Shown: positions 58,386 to 64,000 of the stretch, one piece after another | Position numbering within the stretch: the first letter of the stretch is position 1 | Layout of the letters: every line of letters starts with the position of its first letter | From: Escherichia coli | GTDB lineage: Bacteria; Pseudomonadota; Gammaproteobacteria; Enterobacterales; Enterobacteriaceae | Assembly (NCBI RefSeq): GCF_024700885.2 | Contig: NZ_CP117016.1 | Length of the DNA: 64,000 nt | Strand: one strand, 5' to 3' | Made by a program: the position numbers and the translations under genes | Notes under the pieces: generated by a model | What the model saw: only the letters and a program-made list of their open reading frames with translations | What the model was told of the DNA's origin: nothing | Databases searched by the model: none

Positions 58386-59483
58386 TCAGCCGCTAAAGAC
58401 GTTACCTGCGCCCGGAGCCGTTTTCAGCACCCAGACACGTCCATAGTGGTTGTACCAACCTGCGCGGTGCCCGGCTTCCGGCCCAATCCCTTGATAGATA
58501 TCGAAGTGTTGGCCTTTGATTGCGCCACCGACATCCAGCGCCACCATCAGACGCAATTCGTACTGACCGTTAAATTTGCCGTTATTATCCAGCAGCGGCA
58601 CTTCTGCCAGCAAGGTAGTACCTGGCGGAATAATTGAACGATCGGAGGCAACAGAAGCACGGCCAACCAGCGGCACCGCACTTGCCCCTTTCACCGGTGC
58701 AAAAGATTGCGGTTTAAAGAAAACGAAAGACGGGTTCTGTTCCAGCAGCTCGCGAACCTCGGCTTCACTGTGTGTTTCACCCCAGTGACGAATCGCCTGC
58801 ATCGACATATCTTCTTTTTTCACTTCGCCACGGTCGATCAGCACCTTACCAATGCTGCGATATGCATGACCGTTTTTCCCTGCATAGCTGAAAAAGTTAA
58901 GCGGACTGCCATCACCAAAGTCGATATAACCACTACCCTGCACATCCATAATGAAGTTATCCATCAGGGAGTTACTGTAAGCGAGAATATATTTATCACT
59001 CAATGCCCCCGCGTAGATCTCCGCACGAGACGGCAGACGACCACGTTTTGGCGGCATACGGTAAATCGGATACTGAAACTCGCCCTGGCGGGTATGGCGC
59101 GCCTGAATTACCGGCGTGTAATAGCCTGTAAACTGCACGTTACCATAGTTGTCGGCACCTTCCATCTGCCAGGCATCAATGCCGAACTGGCGCATATTGC
59201 GGGTATCACCGCCTGCGCGCAGCCACTCTTGCACCGCGTTATAAACATTACTCTGGTTGCCATACAGACGCGGTGACGAATTACGGATATGGTTAATTTG
59301 CTCGGCAAAATCACCGGCGTTAATCGGCGCGCCAACGGCATCTGGCTGGTTCACCAGAGAGAAAGGCTGGGTAAATTTCCCGTCTTTATATTGCTGTCCG
59401 CGATCGGTTGGTTTGGAAGAGCAGGCGGCAAGCATTGCCACAACCGTGCCCATAAGAAGGTACTTTACCCAACGTCCTTTCAT
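58386..59483 (-). CDS. mltA: membrane-bound lytic murein transglycosylase A
   Basis: ORF 58386..59765 trimmed to ATG at 59483 (365 aa, MKGRWVKYLLMGTVVAMLAACSSKPTDRG..., lipobox LAAC); the longer ORF runs antisense through the tRNA genes. Confidence 0.93.
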   Translation of the reverse strand: MKGRWVKYLLMGTVVAMLAACSSKPTDRGQQYKDGKFTQPFSLVNQPDAVGAPINAGDFAEQINHIRNSSPRLYGNQSNVYNAVQEWLRAGGDTRNMRQFGIDAWQMEGADNYGNVQFTGYYTPVIQARHTRQGEFQYPIYRMPPKRGRLPSRAEIYAGALSDKYILAYSNSLMDNFIMDVQGSGYIDFGDGSPLNFFSYAGKNGHAYRSIGKVLIDRGEVKKEDMSMQAIRHWGETHSEAEVRELLEQNPSFVFFKPQSFAPVKGASAVPLVGRASVASDRSIIPPGTTLLAEVPLLDNNGKFNGQYELRLMVALDVGGAIKGQHFDIYQGIGPEAGHRAGWYNHYGRVWVLKTAPGAGNVFSG

Positions 59484-59650
59484 TGTTCTCTTCTTCAGGT
59501 TAAAAAATAAGGCGCAACGAAGATAACAAACCGCCGCGTTTAATGAAATGAGCAGCCTCTCCCTGACGCAAATTTTGCACAAAAAATAGGCTTTAGTGAT
59601 TTGTTTTTGTTCAAAATCATGCCGAATCCGTGATCGGGGTAAAAAAAAGG

Positions 59651-59678
59651 TTGCATGAAAACGCGAGCGGAGTATAGT
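59651..59678 (+). promoter_or_regulatory. promoter of the tRNA-fMet triplet (TTGCAT-16-TATAGT, GC-rich discriminator)
   Basis: -35 TTGCAT at 59651-59656, -10 TATAGT at 59673-59678, then GCGCATCCACGG before the first tRNA; A-tract immediately upstream. Confidence 0.65.
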
Positions 59679-59691
59679 GCGCATCCACGGA

Positions 59692-59768
<77 letters not shown>

Positions 59769-59801
59769 ATTAAAATTTGATGAAGTAAAGCAGTACGGTG
59801 A

Positions 59802-59878
<77 letters not shown>

Positions 59879-59910
59879 ATCAAATTTGATGAAATAAAGC
59901 AGTACGGTGA

Positions 59911-59987
<77 letters not shown>

Positions 59988-59994
59988 ATTATTG

Positions 59995-60020
59995 AACACC
60001 CTAACGGGTGTTTTTTTGTT
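59995..60020 (+). terminator. intrinsic terminator of the tRNA-fMet operon
   Basis: Stem AACACCC/GGGTGTT with TAAC loop followed by T-run TTTTTTTGTTT. Confidence 0.8.
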
Positions 60021-60061
60021 TCTGGTCTCCCATAAAAAAAGCGCCATTCAGCGCCTTTTTA

Positions 60062-61315
60062 TCATCCCCTTCTCGCCAGCGTCGCCCCATCGGCAAAATA
60101 CGCTTTAATCCCCGCAAGAATAGACTCCGCAACTTCCTGCTGGAAAGTCGCCGTTTTCAGTTTACGTTCTTCCTCAACGTTACTGATAAACGCCGTTTCG
60201 ACCAGAATGGAGGGAATATCTGGTGCCTTTAGTACGGCAAACCCGGCCTGTTCAACCTGATTTTTATGCAGCTTGTTGATTTTACCGAGCTTATTCAGCA
60301 CCGCTTTACCAAACTTCAGGCTGTCGGCAATGGTCAGCGACTGCACCATATCGAACATGGTGTGGTCGACATAGCGGTCACCGCTTTTGCTCACGCCACC
60401 AATCAAGTCCGAGGCGTTCTGGGTTTGTGCCAGATATTTTGCCGCAGTACTGGTTGCACCTTTGGTTGAGAGCGCAAACACAGAGGAACCGCTCGGCTGA
60501 CGGCTGGTAAAGGCGTCGGCATGGATAGAGACAAACAGGTCAGCCCGCTGTTTCTGGGCTTTTGCTACGCGCACTTGCAACGGAATGAAGATGTCTTCAT
60601 TGCGCGTCATGTACACCTTCATATTGCCCTCTTTCTCGATCAGAGAGCGCAGACGGCGAGCTATTTGCAATACCACGTCTTTTTCGCGCGTTTTGTATTT
60701 CCCCACCGCACCGGAGTCTTCGCCACCGTGGCCAGGGTCAAGCATAATGACAATCGGACGATCGCGCCCTGCTTTACCCGGTTGTGGACCACTTTGTGCT
60801 GGCGGCACCTGCTTTTCGAGGTCGCCTTTGTTGTAATCCTCCAGCAGCGCCAGCAGCGGGTCCTGCATATCCTGTGCATTGGCCGGATAGAGGTCCATCA
60901 CCAGACGCTCTTTAAACCCGGCGACCGGTGCAAGGGCAAACAGCTGCGGTTTTACGTTTTGCTTTAATTCAAAAACCATGCGTACGGTTTGCGGGTCAAA
61001 TTGCCCGACGCGCGCCGACTTGATGAACGGGTCGTCTGCACGAATTTGTGCCGCCATCCCCTTGAGTACCGAGTTCAGGTTTACATCTTCGATATCCACC
61101 ACCACGCGTTCCGGGTTACTCAACGCGAACTGCTTATATTTCAGCTGACGATTTGATTCTACCGTCACGCGGGTGTAGCTGGACGCAGGCCAGACGCGCA
61201 CCGCCACGACCTGGCTGACCGCAGCCAGACTGACCTGACTTACGCTCAATAGCCACATGGCACCCGCGCCTTGCAGTAAACGACGACGGCTGATTGCAGT
61301 GTTGGATCCTGACAT
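60062..61315 (-). CDS. amiC: N-acetylmuramoyl-L-alanine amidase AmiC
   Basis: ORF 60062..61405 trimmed to ATG at 61315 (417 aa, [31 protein letters not shown]..., twin-arginine signal). Confidence 0.93.
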
Positions 61316-61497
61316 GCCTCTCCCGAGCAAAAGAAATCTAAGCTGTGTAACAAGTAAACGACTAATTTGACCGGAAACTTTAGCGAAAGACGCATAATCT
61401 GTCATCTAATAAACGGTAAACATTCTTTTTATATTCACGGCATTACTGATAAAAAAGTCGCTCTCGCATAAAATTTACACTTGCACCCTGCGAAAAA

Positions 61498-61536
61498 ACA
61501 GAATAAAAATACACTAATTTCGAATAATCATGCAAA
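61498..61536. promoter_or_regulatory. two tandem ARG boxes (ArgR operator) upstream of argA
   Basis: ACAGAATAAAAATACACT (61498-61515) and TTCGAATAATCATGCAAA (61519-61536), separated by 3 bp; each differs from the TnTGAATwwwwATTCAnw consensus at 2-3 positions. Confidence 0.55.
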
Positions 61537-61546
61537 GAGGTGTGCC

Positions 61547-62878
61547 GTGGTAAAGGAACGTAAAACCGAGCTGGTCGAGGGATTCCGCCATTCGGTTCCC
61601 TATATCAATACCCACCGGGGAAAAACGTTTGTCATCATGCTCGGCGGTGAAGCCATTGAGCATGAGAATTTCTCCAGTATCGTTAATGATATCGGGTTGC
61701 TGCACAGCCTCGGCATCCGTCTGGTGGTGGTCTATGGCGCACGTCCGCAGATCGACGCAAATCTGGCTGCGCATCACCACGAACCGCTGTATCACAAGAA
61801 TATACGTGTGACCGACGCCAAAACACTGGAACTGGTGAAGCAGGCTGCGGGAACATTGCAACTGGATATTACTGCTCGCCTGTCGATGAGTCTCAATAAC
61901 ACGCCGCTGCAGGGCGCGCATATCAACGTCGTCAGTGGCAATTTTATTATCGCCCAGCCACTGGGCGTCGATGACGGCGTGGATTACTGCCATAGCGGGC
62001 GTATCCGGCGGATTGATGAAGACGCGATCCATCGTCAACTGGACAGCGGTGCAATAGTGCTAATGGGGCCGGTCGCTGTTTCAGTCACTGGCGAGAGCTT
62101 TAATCTGACCTCGGAAGAGATTGCCACTCAACTGGCCATCAAACTGAAAGCTGAAAAGATGATTGGTTTTTGCTCTTCCCAGGGCGTCACTAATGACGAC
62201 GGTGATATTGTCTCCGAACTTTTCCCTAACGAAGCGCAAGCGCGGGTAGAAGCCCAGGAAGAGAAAGGCGATTACAACTCCGGTACGGTGCGCTTTTTGC
62301 GTGGCGCAGTGAAAGCCTGCCGCAGCGGCGTGCGTCGCTGTCATTTAATCAGTTATCAGGAAGATGGCGCGCTGTTGCAAGAGTTGTTCTCACGCGATGG
62401 TATCGGTACGCAGATTGTGATGGAAAGCGCCGAGCAGATTCGTCGCGCAACAATCAACGATATTGGCGGTATTCTGGAGTTGATTCGCCCGCTGGAGCAG
62501 CAAGGTATTCTGGTACGCCGTTCTCGCGAGCAGCTGGAGATGGAAATCGACAAATTCACCATTATTCAGCGCGATAACACGACTATTGCCTGCGCCGCGC
62601 TCTATCCGTTCCCGGAAGAGAAGATTGGGGAAATGGCCTGTGTGGCAGTTCACCCGGATTACCGCAGTTCATCACGGGGCGAGGTTCTGCTGGAACGCAT
62701 TGCCGCTCAGGCGAAGCAGAGCGGCTTAAGCAAATTGTTTGTGCTGACCACGCGCAGTATTCACTGGTTCCAGGAACGTGGATTTACCCCAGTGGATATT
62801 GATTTACTGCCCGAGAGCAAAAAGCAGTTGTATAACTACCAGCGTAAATCCAAAGTGTTGATGGCGGATTTGGGGTAA
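61547..62878 (+). CDS. argA: N-acetylglutamate synthase
   Basis: ORF 61481..62878 (TTG-initiated in the track) trimmed to GTG at 61547 (443 aa, (M)[38 protein letters not shown]...). Confidence 0.93.
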   Translation: MVKERKTELVEGFRHSVPYINTHRGKTFVIMLGGEAIEHENFSSIVNDIGLLHSLGIRLVVVYGARPQIDANLAAHHHEPLYHKNIRVTDAKTLELVKQAAGTLQLDITARLSMSLNNTPLQGAHINVVSGNFIIAQPLGVDDGVDYCHSGRIRRIDEDAIHRQLDSGAIVLMGPVAVSVTGESFNLTSEEIATQLAIKLKAEKMIGFCSSQGVTNDDGDIVSELFPNEAQARVEAQEEKGDYNSGTVRFLRGAVKACRSGVRRCHLISYQEDGALLQELFSRDGIGTQIVMESAEQIRRATINDIGGILELIRPLEQQGILVRRSREQLEMEIDKFTIIQRDNTTIACAALYPFPEEKIGEMACVAVHPDYRSSSRGEVLLERIAAQAKQSGLSKLFVLTTRSIHWFQERGFTPVDIDLLPESKKQLYNYQRKSKVLMADLG

Positions 62879-62890
62879 GCGATGAAAATC

Positions 62891-62931
62891 GTCGGATGCG
62901 ACATGCGTAACACTCGTGCGTCGCATCCGGC
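62891..62931. repeat. REP-like palindrome between convergent argA and recD
   Basis: GTCGGATGCGACATGCGTAACACTCGTGCGTCGCATCCGGC. Confidence 0.6.
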
Positions 62932-62939
62932 AATTACGT

Positions 62940-64000
62940 TTATTCCCGTGAACTAAACAACGCCGCCAGACCACTGCGCCGCTCAGTACGCGTGGCGATT
63001 GCCGCACTCAAAATACGCTCATCGGCATACAGAGACAAACGTCGACGCGCGCGGGTTACCGCAGTGTAAACCAGCTCTCGTGTTACTACCGGCGTGCGTT
63101 GGCTCGGTAAAATCAACGCCGCATGGTCGAACTCCGATCCCTGCGATTTATGTACCGTCATCGCCCACGTAGTTTCGTGCTCTGGCAAGCGACTCGGTTG
63201 CACAGACTTAATATTGCCGTCCGGCATCGCAAACCAGACGCGCGTCCCCTGCCCACGATCCAGAGCGATACCGATATCGCCATTAAACAACCCAAGCGCG
63301 CTGTCATTACGGGCAATCATCACCGGTCGGCCTTCGTACCAACGAGAGTGCGGATTACGATGAATTTTGCGCTTCTGTTGCATAAACTGCTCAATTCGCT
63401 CATTCAGTCCAGCCACGCCAAACGGCCCTTCCCGCAGGGCGCACAAAAGCTGGTACTCATTGAACGCCTGAATGATTAAATCCGGCTCGGCACGCGCTTG
63501 CAGCAGATCCAGATAACGTCCGTAACCCGCAAGAGCTTCCTCAAGCATCGCAATATAATCTTCGCCGCTCTGTAAAAGCCGTTTTTCGATATCAGAAAAA
63601 TCCTGCTGAAAAACGGTTTTCACTGCCGTTTTATCACCACGGTTGATCGCCGCAGCTAACTGACCAATGCCAGAATCGCTGCCGAAACGATAGCTTTTTT
63701 GCAGCAGGCAGAGACTGTCGCGCAAAGATGCCGCTTCTGTGCCAGTTCCTGACGGAACGTGAGTTCCCGTCAGGCGGCTCAACTGCCCGGCACGCTCGGC
63801 GGTAAAGCCGGCATTGGCATAAGCGCAGATATCGCCCAGCACAGCCCCAGCCTCAACCGAGGCCAGTTGATCACGATCGCCGAGAAAGATCACTCGCGCA
63901 TGATCGGGCAAGGCGTCGATCAGTCTCGACATCATAGGCAGATCGATCATTGACGCTTCATCTACCACCAGCACATCAAGATGCAGCGGGTTACCGGCAT
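62940..64000 (-). CDS. recD: RecBCD exonuclease V alpha subunit RecD, C-terminal part (N-terminus beyond window end)
   Basis: Minus-strand frame open to the window edge; C-terminal helicase motifs (...[48 protein letters not shown]...); stop at 62940. Confidence 0.9.
   Translation of the reverse strand, partial: AGNPLHLDVLVVDEASMIDLPMMSRLIDALPDHARVIFLGDRDQLASVEAGAVLGDICAYANAGFTAERAGQLSRLTGTHVPSGTGTEAASLRDSLCLLQKSYRFGSDSGIGQLAAAINRGDKTAVKTVFQQDFSDIEKRLLQSGEDYIAMLEEALAGYGRYLDLLQARAEPDLIIQAFNEYQLLCALREGPFGVAGLNERIEQFMQQKRKIHRNPHSRWYEGRPVMIARNDSALGLFNGDIGIALDRGQGTRVWFAMPDGNIKSVQPSRLPEHETTWAMTVHKSQGSEFDHAALILPSQRTPVVTRELVYTAVTRARRRLSLYADERILSAAIATRTERRSGLAALFSSRE

Overview
This window reads as a contiguous stretch of Escherichia coli-type core chromosome, in the order iap(3' end)-hokX-cysHIJ-queD-ygcNOP-ygcQRSUW-yqcE-ygcE-CRISPR-queE-ygcG-eno-pyrG-mazGFE-relA-rlmD-barA-gudDXP-yqcA-truC-yqcC-csrB-syd-queF-ppnN-sdaCB-xni-fucAO/fucPIKUR-rlmM-ygdD-gcvA-gcvB-ygdI-csdAE-tcdA-mltA-3x tRNA-fMet-amiC-argA-recD(partial). 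All identifications rest on reading the supplied ORF translations and the DNA by eye; no database search was possible. Gene starts were trimmed from the ORF track to internal ATG/GTG codons where the protein N-terminus is recognisable. Every ORF of 150 aa or more is accounted for by a recognisable gene or is an antisense shadow ORF. I found no transposase, integrase, phage gene or IS-like terminal repeat, so I see no compelling evidence of a wholly foreign or novel multi-gene system. The best candidate for undescribed biology is in the poorly characterised ygc cluster: the divergent ygcW and yqcE genes each carry a hairpin plus U-run terminator 24 nt before the start codon, flanking a consensus CRP site, with a GlpP-like antiterminator gene (ygcP) in the same cluster. 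Other points worth a second look: (1) no cas genes and no CRISPR-1 array where E. coli K-12 has them (iap runs straight into a hok toxin gene and cysH); (2) an orphan I-E-type CRISPR array (5 repeats, 4 spacers) between ygcE and queE; (3) two small SD-preceded ORFs between queE and ygcG; (4) an 18-bp-arm palindrome upstream of gudP.
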